Below, piece by piece: positions 34,494 to 44,567 of a DNA stretch of 64,000 nt. The notes under the pieces were generated by a model that saw only the letters and a list, made by a program, of their open reading frames with translations, did no database searches and had not been told where the DNA came from. Source of the stretch: Candidatus Dojkabacteria bacterium (lineage in GTDB: Bacteria; Patescibacteriota; Dojkabacteria; SC72; JAFGCJ01). The stretch covers positions 74,909 through 138,908 of the forward strand of contig JAFGCJ010000001.1 in the NCBI GenBank assembly GCA_016932785.1. Reading direction: 5' to 3'. Position 1 is the stretch's first letter. Every line of letters begins with the position of its first letter. The position numbers were made by a program, and so were the translations under genes.

Positions 34494-36460
34494 TGTTTTA
34501 TTGATTGTATTTTAGTTATCTTTTTTCCTGCTCTAAGGATGAGACCATCTTTTGGAATTGATATTATGGCTATTTTGTCGGAGATTTTTTTGTCGTCTAC
34601 AGTTACGGCTCCCTGCTCTATAAGTCTTTTTGCCTGACTGTTGCTGTCGGTGAAATGTGTGTGTATTGTAAGAAGATCTATGATGGAACATTTTTTTTGA
34701 TCTACAGTGGTGACAGGAATGTCTGATGATGTGGTTTCACCCTGTTTCTGAAATACCTTCTCGAAGTACTCCTGAGCCTTTTTAGCCACAGCTTCTCCTT
34801 TGTGTTCGGTTGTGATTTCTAGGGCAAGCTGTTTCTTTAGGTCCATCGGATTTACTTTGTCGTTTTTCATGTCAGTTTTCATCTTTTCTATCTTCTCTAT
34901 GGGTACATCAGTCAATATTTCAAAGGCTGGGCAAATCAACTCGTCGGTGAATGCCATGACTTTTCCGTACATGTCCTCTGGGGAGTCATCTAGAGTTATC
35001 ATGTTACCTCCGGTCTTACTCATCTTCTTTCCTGAAGAATCCGTAAGAAGTTTGTTTGGAAGGACAACTTTCTCTTTGTTTAGATGCTTAAGTACAAGAT
35101 CCCGTCCGCAAATCATATTGAAAACTTGGTCGTTACCTCCGACTTCGACGTCAATATTCATTCGAACTGAGTCGTAGCCCTGCATTAGAGGGTACATAAA
35201 TTCATGAATAAATATTGGTCGATCCTCATTAATACGCTTCTGAAACATATCCCGTTTTATCATTTGCTGTACTGTGAATTCTGAAGCAAGCTCGATAACA
35301 TCCTGAAAATTCATTTTGTCAAGCCACTGTGAGTTGTACATTATTTCTACCGGATTTTTCTTGTTTTTGAAGTCGAGTATCCTACTAGCCTGCTTTTGGT
35401 AGAGCTTGAGATTCTTTTTCACTTGCTCTTTAGTTAATTTTTGTCTGGCCGCCGATTTATCTGTGGGGTCTCCGATCCGAGCGGTAAAATCTCCAATTAG
35501 GAATATGACTCTATGGCCAAGTTGCTGGAAATACTTGAGTTTTCTCATTCCAGCGGTATGACCGATGTGAAGTGTAGGAGCTGTCGGATCAAACCCCTGG
35601 TAAACATTTAGCCTTCTTCCGCTATTGAGCATTTTCTCGAGCATTTCTGCTGATGGGACTATCGTCTCTACAGCTCTTGTTGTTATCTCTTTTATAATCT
35701 GTGAGTCCTTTTTGATAGGATAAGTCTTAACTTTGATTGAGGCTGTTCGCTTGAGTTCCGGCAAATTATCTAAATCCAGGCTGGGTTTGGTCGAGTCTGC
35801 AATCGAAAATGTAAATTGGGGGTTTTTGGTGCCAAGGAATTTACTTATGAGGGATTTAATTTCGATGGCAATTTTCTTTATTTCTTTATCAGATTTATTA
35901 CCGGTGTTGTCTATTGGAATAAAAATATTCTTTGTCTCTTCTGTTGTTTTACTTGTGTTGCTTTGGCGCCATACCCACTTTCTCGTAAGAATATGCTTCT
36001 CATCGGCGTATACTATTTCGTCCTCGGGTACTTTGATCTCGTTGTTGGAATTCATTTCTATAAACTTCAATTCGTTGAGGTTGGGTCCTACTGTTATATT
36101 GCCTGATATTTTGTCTAGATCATGTCCTCCTAGTGGAACAAGATATTTTAGAGAAACTGCGTTGTAAATATTGACTAAGGGATTTATGCTAGGGATCTCT
36201 TGTCTTTCGCGTACTCTTTTTAGAAGCGCAATGTGGGAGGGTGTTTCGTTATCTGGGTTGAGTCCTACCTTTTGAAAGGCCAAAACCCATTCACTATTTT
36301 CTTTTTTGCTGTTTTTTTCTCGGGCGCTTTGTTCGATTTGATTCCACAATATTTGATAAGTGTTATCTAGGGCCTTTGTATTGTCGATATTTCTTACTAC
36401 TAAACAGCCTACGCTGGCCTTAGGGAATTTCTGGAGAATTTGTTTTGACAGGTTGAACAC
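34490..36460 (-). CDS. tyrS: Tyrosine--tRNA ligase fused to an N-terminal B3/B4 (PheRS-beta-like) domain
   Basis: C-terminal ~400 aa: YQGFDPTAPTLHIGH (HIGH motif), KMSKTGG (KMSKS motif) and an S4-like tail (AKRLIEQGAVTVDD). N-terminal ~225 aa: INPLVNIYNAVSLKYLVPLGGHDLD ... VYADEKHILTRKWVWRQSNTSKTTEETKNIF, the pattern of stand-alone B3/B4 domain proteins. GTG start. Confidence 0.9.
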   Translation of the reverse strand: MFNLSKQILQKFPKASVGCLVVRNIDNTKALDNTYQILWNQIEQSAREKNSKKENSEWVLAFQKVGLNPDNETPSHIALLKRVRERQEIPSINPLVNIYNAVSLKYLVPLGGHDLDKISGNITVGPNLNELKFIEMNSNNEIKVPEDEIVYADEKHILTRKWVWRQSNTSKTTEETKNIFIPIDNTGNKSDKEIKKIAIEIKSLISKFLGTKNPQFTFSIADSTKPSLDLDNLPELKRTASIKVKTYPIKKDSQIIKEITTRAVETIVPSAEMLEKMLNSGRRLNVYQGFDPTAPTLHIGHTAGMRKLKYFQQLGHRVIFLIGDFTARIGDPTDKSAARQKLTKEQVKKNLKLYQKQASRILDFKNKKNPVEIMYNSQWLDKMNFQDVIELASEFTVQQMIKRDMFQKRINEDRPIFIHEFMYPLMQGYDSVRMNIDVEVGGNDQVFNMICGRDLVLKHLNKEKVVLPNKLLTDSSGKKMSKTGGNMITLDDSPEDMYGKVMAFTDELICPAFEILTDVPIEKIEKMKTDMKNDKVNPMDLKKQLALEITTEHKGEAVAKKAQEYFEKVFQKQGETTSSDIPVTTVDQKKCSIIDLLTIHTHFTDSNSQAKRLIEQGAVTVDDKKISDKIAIISIPKDGLILRAGKKITKIQSIKQ

Positions 36461-36531
36461 CTTGGGACTGGATTAATATTAGTGTAATGAGATTCTATAT
36501 GATTTAGACACCCAGAAAAAGACCTATAAGG

Positions 36532-37128
36532 TTAAGTCCCTGGGACTGGAACCACAAAACGCCATTTTTTGTCTGCAAATTCTTCAGCGTAATCAATTCC
36601 AACTCTTGGGGTTGCAACTATCTGTGAAGAGAGGTCAATTCCCTCCTCTATCCAAAGTACTTCGCTGTTAAGGGGCAATCCATACATTGATTTATCAATC
36701 GCCAAAGCTTGAGTGAGTCTACCTGGACCATCAGAAATTACTTTTTTTGTAGAATTATAGTTACCGAATCTTCGTTCTTTCATTGTTTCGATACCAGTTT
36801 CGGGCTTAATGGCTCGGATCAGGATGCATTCAGGTTTATCTTTTTTTCCGGTTGTTACATTGAAAAGCGTATAAAGTCCATAAATAAGGTAAGCGTAAGC
36901 TCTACCTCCACTTTTAAATAAAATTTCTGTTCTCTTTGTTCTTCTTCCATCTATGGCATGGGATGCTTTATCAAGAGGGCCGATATAGGCCTCTGTCTCT
37001 ACAATAGTGCCACCTGTTATTTTGCCATTAATACATGTAAAAAGTCGCCTTCCAATAAGATCTTTAGCAAGAGTAAGTGTGTCATTTTGTTGGTAGTAGC
37101 TGAGTGGTATGATCTGAGTGCTTGGCAC
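36532..37128 (-). CDS. mpg: DNA-3-methyladenine glycosylase (Mpg/AAG family)
   Basis: LAKDLIGRRL, GGTIVETEAY, DKASHA and GGRAYAYLIYG motifs. 198 aa. Confidence 0.85.
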   Translation of the reverse strand: MPSTQIIPLSYYQQNDTLTLAKDLIGRRLFTCINGKITGGTIVETEAYIGPLDKASHAIDGRRTKRTEILFKSGGRAYAYLIYGLYTLFNVTTGKKDKPECILIRAIKPETGIETMKERRFGNYNSTKKVISDGPGRLTQALAIDKSMYGLPLNSEVLWIEEGIDLSSQIVATPRVGIDYAEEFADKKWRFVVPVPGT

Positions 37129-37205
37129 TGAATTATATAGGTCTAAAATTTGGATATAAAAATTGTTATTCTGTTGTAAGGCCGGCCTTTTACCAGTCCT
37201 AAGGC

Positions 37206-38456
37206 CTAAAACCCTGTCTCTATCTCGAGTAACCGGTTGTACTTTGCCAACCTCTCTCCTCTATCCGGTCCCCCGAATTTCGTTTGCCACGATGAGCATC
37301 CCATTACTAAGTCTGCAATCAGGTCGTCGTTTGTTTCGCCGCCTCTGTGTGAGATCATGGTTGTAAAGTCGGCAGAATGTGCTAGATCAATTGCTCGAAG
37401 AGTTTCTGTTATCGAGCCAATTTGGTTGATTTTTATTAATACCGAATTAACTGCTTTGAGATCTATGGCTTTTTGAATTCTTTTGGTGTTTGTGGTAAGT
37501 AGATCGTCTCCGACAATTTGGTATTTGTGGCCTACTCTTTCAACGAGTTTGGTCCAGCTTTCCCAGTCTTCTTCAGCGAGGGTGTCCTCAATGGAAAATA
37601 CCGGATATTTTGAGAGCCACTCTATCTGGAGGTCAAGCCACTCGTCAGAAGTAAGTACTTTGTTCTCTCGGCGTAGGTTGTATTTTCCGTCTTGATAAAA
37701 TTCTGAGGCTGCGGCATCAATTCCAAGAAGTATTTCTTCTCCTGGTTTATATCCTGCTTGTTCGATTCCCAGGAGCATTATTTCGAAGGCTTCGGTGTTG
37801 GATTTTATCTCGCTGGGGGCATATGCTCCTTCAAATCCAACTGTAACGTCGTAGTTTTTTTTGTCTAGTACATCATGCGTTGCTTTGAAAATTTCGGCTC
37901 CCGATCTCAGGCTTTCTGCTACTGAGTCGAATAAGTCTATTCTTGGGATGATCATATATTCCTGAAAGTCCGTGGCCCAGTCGCCGTGTTTGCCGCCTTC
38001 CATTAGGAGTATTGAGAGTTGCGGAGTTTCAATACTTGTGGAACCTGTTATTTCTTTGAAATATTCAAATAGTTCGAGGCCTTTGGACTTGGCGGTTGCT
38101 TTGCAGAATGCCATAGATGCTGCGAGAATAGCGTTTCCTCCGAGGTTCGATTTGTATTCTGTTCCGTCCAGCTCGATAAGTTTTTCGTCGAATTCTTCCT
38201 GGGAGGAGAATTCTTGTCCTACGACAGCGTCGGCAATTGTTGTCCTCAAATTTGTTACTGCTCTGGACACTCCCTTTCCGAAATATCGATTAGGTTCATT
38301 ATCTCTTAACTCGTGTGCTTCAGTGGATCCTGTTGATGCTCCTGAGGGTACTGCACCCGTTCCAGATGAACCATCCTCAAGTGTGATTTTAGCCTGAAGT
38401 GTTGGTACTCCACGGGAGTCCAGGATTTCAAGAGCTTTTACTGATTTGATCTTCAT
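37206..38456 (-). CDS. eno: Enolase
   Basis: KALEILDSRGVPTLQAKI N-terminus, SGASTGSTEAHELRD, SHRGGETND. 416 aa. Confidence 0.95.
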   Translation of the reverse strand: MKIKSVKALEILDSRGVPTLQAKITLEDGSSGTGAVPSGASTGSTEAHELRDNEPNRYFGKGVSRAVTNLRTTIADAVVGQEFSSQEEFDEKLIELDGTEYKSNLGGNAILAASMAFCKATAKSKGLELFEYFKEITGSTSIETPQLSILLMEGGKHGDWATDFQEYMIIPRIDLFDSVAESLRSGAEIFKATHDVLDKKNYDVTVGFEGAYAPSEIKSNTEAFEIMLLGIEQAGYKPGEEILLGIDAAASEFYQDGKYNLRRENKVLTSDEWLDLQIEWLSKYPVFSIEDTLAEEDWESWTKLVERVGHKYQIVGDDLLTTNTKRIQKAIDLKAVNSVLIKINQIGSITETLRAIDLAHSADFTTMISHRGGETNDDLIADLVMGCSSWQTKFGGPDRGERLAKYNRLLEIETGF

Positions 38457-38612
38457 CTAGACAGGTTTAATGAAACTTTAATAAGTACAGTATAGCATAA
38501 CAGTATGTTAGAAAAATTGTCATGAATATAACCCGAAATTGTGATACTATACCCCATAGTGCCCCAACTACATTCTGTTTATTGATAGTAAATTCGTTTT
38601 AGGGTTTTACAA

Positions 38613-39191
38613 ATGGGACAAACAGCAGTTGATTGTCAGACCGGGTTCAGATACTCGACATCGCCGCCATCAGACGAGGCCGTTGTAACTGATCGGCCTT
38701 TTGATTTTCTATGGGATCCGAGATCTATTGATCATATATATCGAGTGCCGGATAGTGATTTATGTCCGGGAGTGACCTATGTTCTTTTGGATGGGGAAGA
38801 GTGTTCTCCGGCCAGTAGAGGTGATCGGTGTGGTATTCTTCCAATGGTTGTCTTAGGTAGAGATAGTGATTTAGATACCAGAAATGTATTTGCAATGTCT
38901 CTTGCAGATATTGGCTTTCGGGGTGTTCAGTATTCTGCTTTTACGGTTTGGGGAGTCGGTGTTCCTTCTTTTGGGCAGAATTTGCATTGGGGAAGGATTG
39001 GTGCGCAGTATAGTTTCCTTATGGATTGCAGGAGTTATGCTGGAGACGGTTTGGTAACTATGGAACTTGATCTTCTTAATTTTGCGACTAGTTGGACTTC
39101 TCGTATACAGGAGCTTATTGCTGGTCAGAATCTTATGAATACAGTAATACCTCCGAATGATAGTCGTGCGTATATTTCTCCTGATGATTAG
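38613..39191 (+). CDS. Hypothetical protein
   Basis: 192-aa ORF with coding-like composition. No signal peptide or motif recognised. The 5' part looks GC-richer than its neighbours. Confidence 0.5.
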   Translation: MGQTAVDCQTGFRYSTSPPSDEAVVTDRPFDFLWDPRSIDHIYRVPDSDLCPGVTYVLLDGEECSPASRGDRCGILPMVVLGRDSDLDTRNVFAMSLADIGFRGVQYSAFTVWGVGVPSFGQNLHWGRIGAQYSFLMDCRSYAGDGLVTMELDLLNFATSWTSRIQELIAGQNLMNTVIPPNDSRAYISPDD

Positions 39192-39270
39192 GCGTCTGTT
39201 ACTGTTCCGGCAGAGATTGTAGCCTAGAAATTCTTGCTTCGGGTTTTATTCGGTGGTAGAATGAGTATTT

Positions 39271-40587
39271 ATGAAAACGTCACAAACCTCATTTATCCCA
39301 TCGAGTCGTGATTCCCGGGATCAGTCCAAAGATTCCAGTATCAATGATAAGAATGTTCCTCTTGCTGCTAGAGTCAGGCCACAGTCGCTCGATGATTTTG
39401 CCGGGCAAAAACATCTCGTTGGTTCCAACGGTCCTATCAGGAATCTAATCAAATCAGGAAAGATTTCGTCGATGATCTTTTGGGGGCCGCCTGGGTCAGG
39501 GAAGACAACTCTTGCAAGAATTATTGCCAATCGAGTAAAGGCTCAATTTGTTCAGCTTTCAGCAGTAAGTGCTGGTAAGGCAGATGTTAGGAAAGTAATT
39601 GAGCTTGCAAGACAGACAAGTAAGGCTTATGAGGGACGCAAAACAATCCTTTTTCTCGATGAAATTCATAGGTTTAACAAGGCTCAGCAGGATTTTCTTC
39701 TTCCCTATGTTGAAGATGGAACGATTATTTTAATAGGAGCCACGACAGAGAATCCCTCTTTTGAAGTAATTTCGGCCTTACTTTCAAGGTGTAGGGTTTT
39801 TGTGTTGGAACGGCATAAAGATGACGATCTAAAATTGATCTTGGAGCGAGGAATTGATGATTTAAAAAAGAAACATGCTCTCAAGGATATAGATTTTGAG
39901 AAAAAGGCTGTTGAGGTTCTTGTTGAGGGGAGTAATGGAGATCCCAGAACACTTCTGAACGCTCTGGAAATGGCTGTTAATCTTGCTATTCCTGGGGTGG
40001 GCAAGAAATCTAAATCGTCCCAGAATATTAAAATTTCATTAAAAAATATTGAGGATGCCCTTCAGCATAAAGCTCTACTTTATGACAAAGCCGGAGAGGA
40101 GCATTACAATATAATTTCCGCATTGCATAAGTCTATGCGCTCTTCAGATGAGAATGCGTCGCTGTATTGGCTGGCAAGGATGCTTGAGGCCGGTGAAGAT
40201 CCTCTGTATGTTGCGAGGAGGATGTTTCGTTTTGCCGCTGAAGATGTTGGAAATGCTGATCCTCAGGCTACAGTGTTGGCTGCTGCAGTTTTTGAGGCAT
40301 GTGAAAAGATTGGTATGCCGGAATGTAATGTGCATCTTGCTCAGCTTGCTTTGTATCTTGCAAATGCGCCGAAAGATAATTCTGCATATGTTGGATACGG
40401 CCGTGCTTCCAAGGATGCTCAAGAGACTTTGAATCTTCCAGTCCCAATGCATCTTCGAAATGCGGTTACACCTCTGATGGAGAAGGTTGGTTATGGGAAA
40501 GGGTATATCTATGATCATGATGTAAAAGGGAAAAAGAGCGGTCAGCAATGTTTACCTGACGAGCTTGTTGGTAAAAAGTACGTGTAA
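39271..40587 (+). CDS. rarA: Replication-associated recombination protein A (RarA/MgsA AAA+ ATPase)
   Basis: Walker A GPPGSGKTTLARIIA, Walker B LFLDEIHRFNK, GATTENPSFE, and the C-terminal MgsA domain (HYNIISALHKSMRSSD, LYWLARMLEAGEDP). Confidence 0.9.
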   Translation: MKTSQTSFIPSSRDSRDQSKDSSINDKNVPLAARVRPQSLDDFAGQKHLVGSNGPIRNLIKSGKISSMIFWGPPGSGKTTLARIIANRVKAQFVQLSAVSAGKADVRKVIELARQTSKAYEGRKTILFLDEIHRFNKAQQDFLLPYVEDGTIILIGATTENPSFEVISALLSRCRVFVLERHKDDDLKLILERGIDDLKKKHALKDIDFEKKAVEVLVEGSNGDPRTLLNALEMAVNLAIPGVGKKSKSSQNIKISLKNIEDALQHKALLYDKAGEEHYNIISALHKSMRSSDENASLYWLARMLEAGEDPLYVARRMFRFAAEDVGNADPQATVLAAAVFEACEKIGMPECNVHLAQLALYLANAPKDNSAYVGYGRASKDAQETLNLPVPMHLRNAVTPLMEKVGYGKGYIYDHDVKGKKSGQQCLPDELVGKKYV

Positions 40588-40600
40588 TTAAGTCTTTAGT

Positions 40601-41176
40601 TTACTGAGATCTATCTGAAGCAATAGTACCGTAGCTTACTATGTTGTCTGTATTTTCAGAGGCGAAATCCAGCATGCTTTTAGTGTCCGGGAAAACTGCT
40701 ATTCCAAATGTGGTTTTAGTGTCTGGGGTGGTGCTTATCCAAAATTCACCGGTTTTTCTTGCAAGATGTCCGTCAGTAGGGACTTTTTCTAAAGTCCTTG
40801 TACGTTTTTCTTCCCTTATTTGACCATCGACCTCGTGGGTTTTGGTTACAGTGATTTCCGGAATATTACCTGTTTGGCCAAATTCTGCGGGTTCGACCGT
40901 GTAAGTAGTCTCAACATTGGCCTGTTCTACAGGATGGTAACCGGATTTGTCTCTCTGTAGCATATAAAACCCTGGTTTTTCGTTTGGGTGATGATGTACT
41001 AGCATAAGACAGGTCTGATGTAGACCCAGAATTTCCATCTCTTTTTCTGTTACTGGTTCTTCTCTAGTAGCAAATGCCTCTTGTAGTGAGACCCTTGGGG
41101 GGATACCTTCCAAGGGGCCAGTCGCCGGTTTTTCTGTTTCAGGTTGTCCGTTTGGAATTGTTAGCTCTCCTGTCAT
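40601..41176 (-). CDS. Hypothetical protein
   Basis: 191-aa ORF. No recognisable motifs. Confidence 0.5.
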   Translation of the reverse strand: MTGELTIPNGQPETEKPATGPLEGIPPRVSLQEAFATREEPVTEKEMEILGLHQTCLMLVHHHPNEKPGFYMLQRDKSGYHPVEQANVETTYTVEPAEFGQTGNIPEITVTKTHEVDGQIREEKRTRTLEKVPTDGHLARKTGEFWISTTPDTKTTFGIAVFPDTKSMLDFASENTDNIVSYGTIASDRSQ

Positions 41177-41244
41177 AGTACCATCAATATATAACTCCTG
41201 ATGTTTTGTGTCCAGATTCGATAGTTGTCGTGTATAATTAGCTC

Positions 41245-42102
41245 ATGATTGATTCTCATGCCCATCTCCATCACCCTCAGCTGGCTAATGATCTGGAGGG
41301 CGTTATCAAAAGATTTGCTGAAGAAGGAGGGAGTTATATTGTTAATAGTGCTATCGATCTCGAATCCTCGCATATAGTTCTAGAGCAGGCAGGTAATTAC
41401 CATGAGATTTTGCCTACTTTGGGAATTCACCCTGAGGTTCTTGTTCCTGGTTCGGATGTGTACATTTCCTCTGTAAATGAAGGTTGGATAAAGAAGAACA
41501 TTGATGTCCTGGAAGGCCTTATTGCCAAGCATCCCGAAGTAACCGCTATAGGTGAATGCGGTCTTGATTACTACTGGGTTAAATCTGAGCGGCTATCAGG
41601 TTCCTCAGAAATCTTCAGTAAACAGAAGTTGCTTTTTACAAAGCAGATTGAGCTTGCTTTGAAATTTGGTCTTCCAATGATTATTCATTGTCGGGATGAA
41701 AATGGTGATAAACAGTGTGAGGCAGAGATTTTGGAGATTCTGGCAAAAGAAGGAAAAGGACATATTCGAGGTATTTTCCATAGTTATACCGGCTCAAAGA
41801 GTTATCTTGAGGATATTTTGGCTCTGGGTTACTATGTGTCGTTTAACGCTATTCTGACTTACAAAACAGGTGAAAGTGTGCGGGAGTTGTTGGATATGGT
41901 ACCGGATGAACGTCTGCTTATCGAGTCAGATGCTCCTCTTCTCTCCCCTCAGAAAAGAAGGTCTGCTGGTATAAAGATAGGAGAGCCGGCTTTTGTTGAT
42001 GAGGTAGCCGACTTTATAGCTAAGAGGAAATCATATACAAAAGAAAAATTGTGGAGTATTGTAGAATCGAATTTTAAAAGATTGTTTGCTATAAGTCAGT
42101 AG
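41245..42102 (+). CDS. tatD: TatD-family metal-dependent hydrolase
   Basis: MIDSHAHLHH N-terminus, GECGLDYY, IIHCRD, ESDAPLL motifs. Confidence 0.85.
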   Translation: MIDSHAHLHHPQLANDLEGVIKRFAEEGGSYIVNSAIDLESSHIVLEQAGNYHEILPTLGIHPEVLVPGSDVYISSVNEGWIKKNIDVLEGLIAKHPEVTAIGECGLDYYWVKSERLSGSSEIFSKQKLLFTKQIELALKFGLPMIIHCRDENGDKQCEAEILEILAKEGKGHIRGIFHSYTGSKSYLEDILALGYYVSFNAILTYKTGESVRELLDMVPDERLLIESDAPLLSPQKRRSAGIKIGEPAFVDEVADFIAKRKSYTKEKLWSIVESNFKRLFAISQ

Positions 42103-42190
42103 AATTTGTAATTTATTAACATAATATTCGTTTACAGTTAGAGAATAGCTGTCCAGAGAAGAATAATTTGTTTTACTAGAGGGTTAACAT

Positions 42191-43480
42191 ATGAATTTAC
42201 TAGTACGTGGCGGTGGAAAACTTGCTGGAACTGTTGTACCCAGCGGTAATAAAAATGCAATACTTCCTATTCTTTGCTCTACTCTGTTGACGAAGGAGAA
42301 GGTTTTACTTAGGAATGTTCCTGATCTTACTGATGTAGACAAGCTTGTTGAGATAATGAAACAGCTTGGATCCAAGATCAGTTGGGATAAATCTGCACAA
42401 GTATTAGAAGTCATGAATGATGAGATATCACTGGATAGATTCGACGGTTGTTTGCCCATGGGTATGAGAGCATCGGTTTTGTTATTTGCTCCATTGGCTT
42501 TTAGAGGAAAGACGTTAAAAATTGGAACCAAGATTGAGGGGTGTCAGCTCGGAATCCGTGAGCTTGATACCCACTATAGAACGCTTAGAGCACTTGGAGC
42601 TGAGGTAAACGTGGGTCATGGTAGCGTTGAGATCAAATTGAAGGATCGGTTCATTGGAGGGGAGCATTGGGAAGACTATATGAGTGTTACTACTACTGAG
42701 AATTTCATAATGGCAGCCTGCTGTGCCAAGGGAAAATCTGTTCTGATGAACGCTGCCAGTGAGCCTCATGTGCAGGATTTGGCTAATTTCCTGAATTCCA
42801 TTGGAGCAAAGATATCTGGAATTGGTACTTCTCGGCTTGAGGTAGAAGGCGTGGGTTCACTTGGTGGAGGAGAACATGAAATTATTTCGGATCATCATGA
42901 AATTGCAACGTTTTTGGCACTTGGTGCCATGACTGGGGGAAGAGTTGAGGTAGAAAAATCTCTACCGGAGCATTTTGGCCTTATTAATAACTCTTTTAGA
43001 AAGCTCGGTGTTGAGGTTGAGTACCATGGAGATAAGGCATTTGTTAGTGAAGGACAGAAACTTGAGGTTCAAATACCTGATACGAAACATTTTGTTCCTA
43101 AGATAGAAATTCATCCCTGGCCATACTTTCCTACTGATCTATTGCCGCTAATGGTGGCACTAGCTACAAGAGCGAAGGGTCAAATCATGTTTTGGAATAA
43201 AATGTATGAGGGGTCATTGTTTTGGGTGTCCCAGCTCTCTGCCTTTGGTGTAAAGTCATTGATATGCGATCCCCATAGGGCTCTTATTTGGGGTGGTCTT
43301 CCACTCTATCCCGCAATCATTGAGGCGCCGGACATAATTCGTGCTACTGTTGCTATGTTTATGATAGCGCAATCAATTGATGGGGAAAGCACGATTGTGA
43401 ATGCGGATCCAATTAAGAGAGCTCATCCAGAATTTGAGGAAAAAATGATATCATTAGGCGCAGATGTAGCTTGGGTTTAG
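42191..43480 (+). CDS. murA: UDP-N-acetylglucosamine 1-carboxyvinyltransferase
   Basis: RGGGKLAGTVVPSGNKNAILPIL N-terminus. Active-site Cys loop KIEGCQLGIRELDTH. 429 aa. Confidence 0.9.
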   Translation: MNLLVRGGGKLAGTVVPSGNKNAILPILCSTLLTKEKVLLRNVPDLTDVDKLVEIMKQLGSKISWDKSAQVLEVMNDEISLDRFDGCLPMGMRASVLLFAPLAFRGKTLKIGTKIEGCQLGIRELDTHYRTLRALGAEVNVGHGSVEIKLKDRFIGGEHWEDYMSVTTTENFIMAACCAKGKSVLMNAASEPHVQDLANFLNSIGAKISGIGTSRLEVEGVGSLGGGEHEIISDHHEIATFLALGAMTGGRVEVEKSLPEHFGLINNSFRKLGVEVEYHGDKAFVSEGQKLEVQIPDTKHFVPKIEIHPWPYFPTDLLPLMVALATRAKGQIMFWNKMYEGSLFWVSQLSAFGVKSLICDPHRALIWGGLPLYPAIIEAPDIIRATVAMFMIAQSIDGESTIVNADPIKRAHPEFEEKMISLGADVAWV

Positions 43481-43484
43481 TATC

Positions 43485-44567
43485 ATGATGGATAAGAAGT
43501 ATAAAGAATTTTCTTCAAAAATAGATAGCACGAAGACTAAACTGGAACAGCCGTTGGCCGGGTGTACTACTGTTGGTATAGGTGGTACTGCAGATTTACA
43601 GTATTTCCCTGAAAATAGTGGCGATCTGAGTGCTGTCTGTGAAATGGCCTTTGACCAAGACATTCCAATTACTGTTATCGGCGGTGGGAGTAATATCCTG
43701 ATTTCTGATGATGGGTTGCGAGGTCTTGTTGTGGTCAATGTTAACGGTAACTATTCTATTGGAGGGGAATCTAAAAGAAAGGGAAAGACCAAGTCTCTGG
43801 CACGCTGGTCTATTGCTGATAGTGCTACCAAAAGGTATGATTTTGAGGATTTGGACTATGATGAATCTGACTGTAGAAGAGTTACCGTTGAGGTTGATAG
43901 TGGCACCAGACTTCAACAGTTTCTTTATGAGATGCTAGATCATCATGTTACCGGGCTTCAATGGTTTTCCGGTATTCCAGGGACTATTGGAGGAGATGTA
44001 TTTAATAATCTACATGGAGGTACACACTTTTTTAGTGAGGTTGTTGATTATGTAGAAGCTCTGACCCAGGAGGGAGAAGTGCGAAGATACTCTGTTGAGG
44101 AAATCAAGCCAGATTATAACTATACGATTTTCCATAAGAATAAAGAAATAATACTCAAAGCAGGGCTTAGTCTTTTTTTTGGAGATTCAAATAAGGCCAG
44201 ATATGTTGCTGATGAATGGAGAAAACGAAAGCAAGAGGTTCAACCTCAGAAAACGCCTGGTTGTATTTTTGCAAATATTTCCAATGAGCAGAAAGAAGCA
44301 TATGGCTATCCTACGACTTGTGTGGGATACATAATAGAGCATGTTCTTAAGATGTCGAAATATCGGGTAGGAAACGCCATGATATCTGAGAAGCATCATA
44401 ATTTCATTGTTACAGAAGGTAAATGCAGTGCCTTGGATTATCTTCAGGTAATAAGAGATATCACCAAAGCAGCCAAGGATGATCTTGATATAGACCTCGT
44501 AACCGAAATAATACCTCTTGGCTTCACTGATGATGAACTTGAGGGAGTAAATTTTCCAACTAGGTAA
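43485..44567 (+). CDS. murB: UDP-N-acetylenolpyruvoylglucosamine reductase
   Basis: FAD-binding GGTADLQYF...VIGGGSNILISD. 4-nt gap after murA. Its stop overlaps the murC start (TAATG). Confidence 0.85.
   Translation: MMDKKYKEFSSKIDSTKTKLEQPLAGCTTVGIGGTADLQYFPENSGDLSAVCEMAFDQDIPITVIGGGSNILISDDGLRGLVVVNVNGNYSIGGESKRKGKTKSLARWSIADSATKRYDFEDLDYDESDCRRVTVEVDSGTRLQQFLYEMLDHHVTGLQWFSGIPGTIGGDVFNNLHGGTHFFSEVVDYVEALTQEGEVRRYSVEEIKPDYNYTIFHKNKEIILKAGLSLFFGDSNKARYVADEWRKRKQEVQPQKTPGCIFANISNEQKEAYGYPTTCVGYIIEHVLKMSKYRVGNAMISEKHHNFIVTEGKCSALDYLQVIRDITKAAKDDLDIDLVTEIIPLGFTDDELEGVNFPTR

Noticed and set aside
37129-37205. AAGGCCGGCCTT palindrome between mpg and eno as a possible intrinsic terminator
   Set aside because: At best it forms a 4-bp stem with a CCGG loop, and there is no T tract on the relevant (minus) strand. 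That is too weak to call.
38457-38612. tRNA or other small RNA genes in the larger intergenic gaps (38457-38612, 51554-51744, 53313-53500, 63041-63189)
   Set aside because: Reading either strand by eye, I found no acceptor or T-arm (GTTCRANYC-like) pattern and no conserved cores of tmRNA, RNase P or SRP. These gaps look like AT-rich divergent promoter regions.
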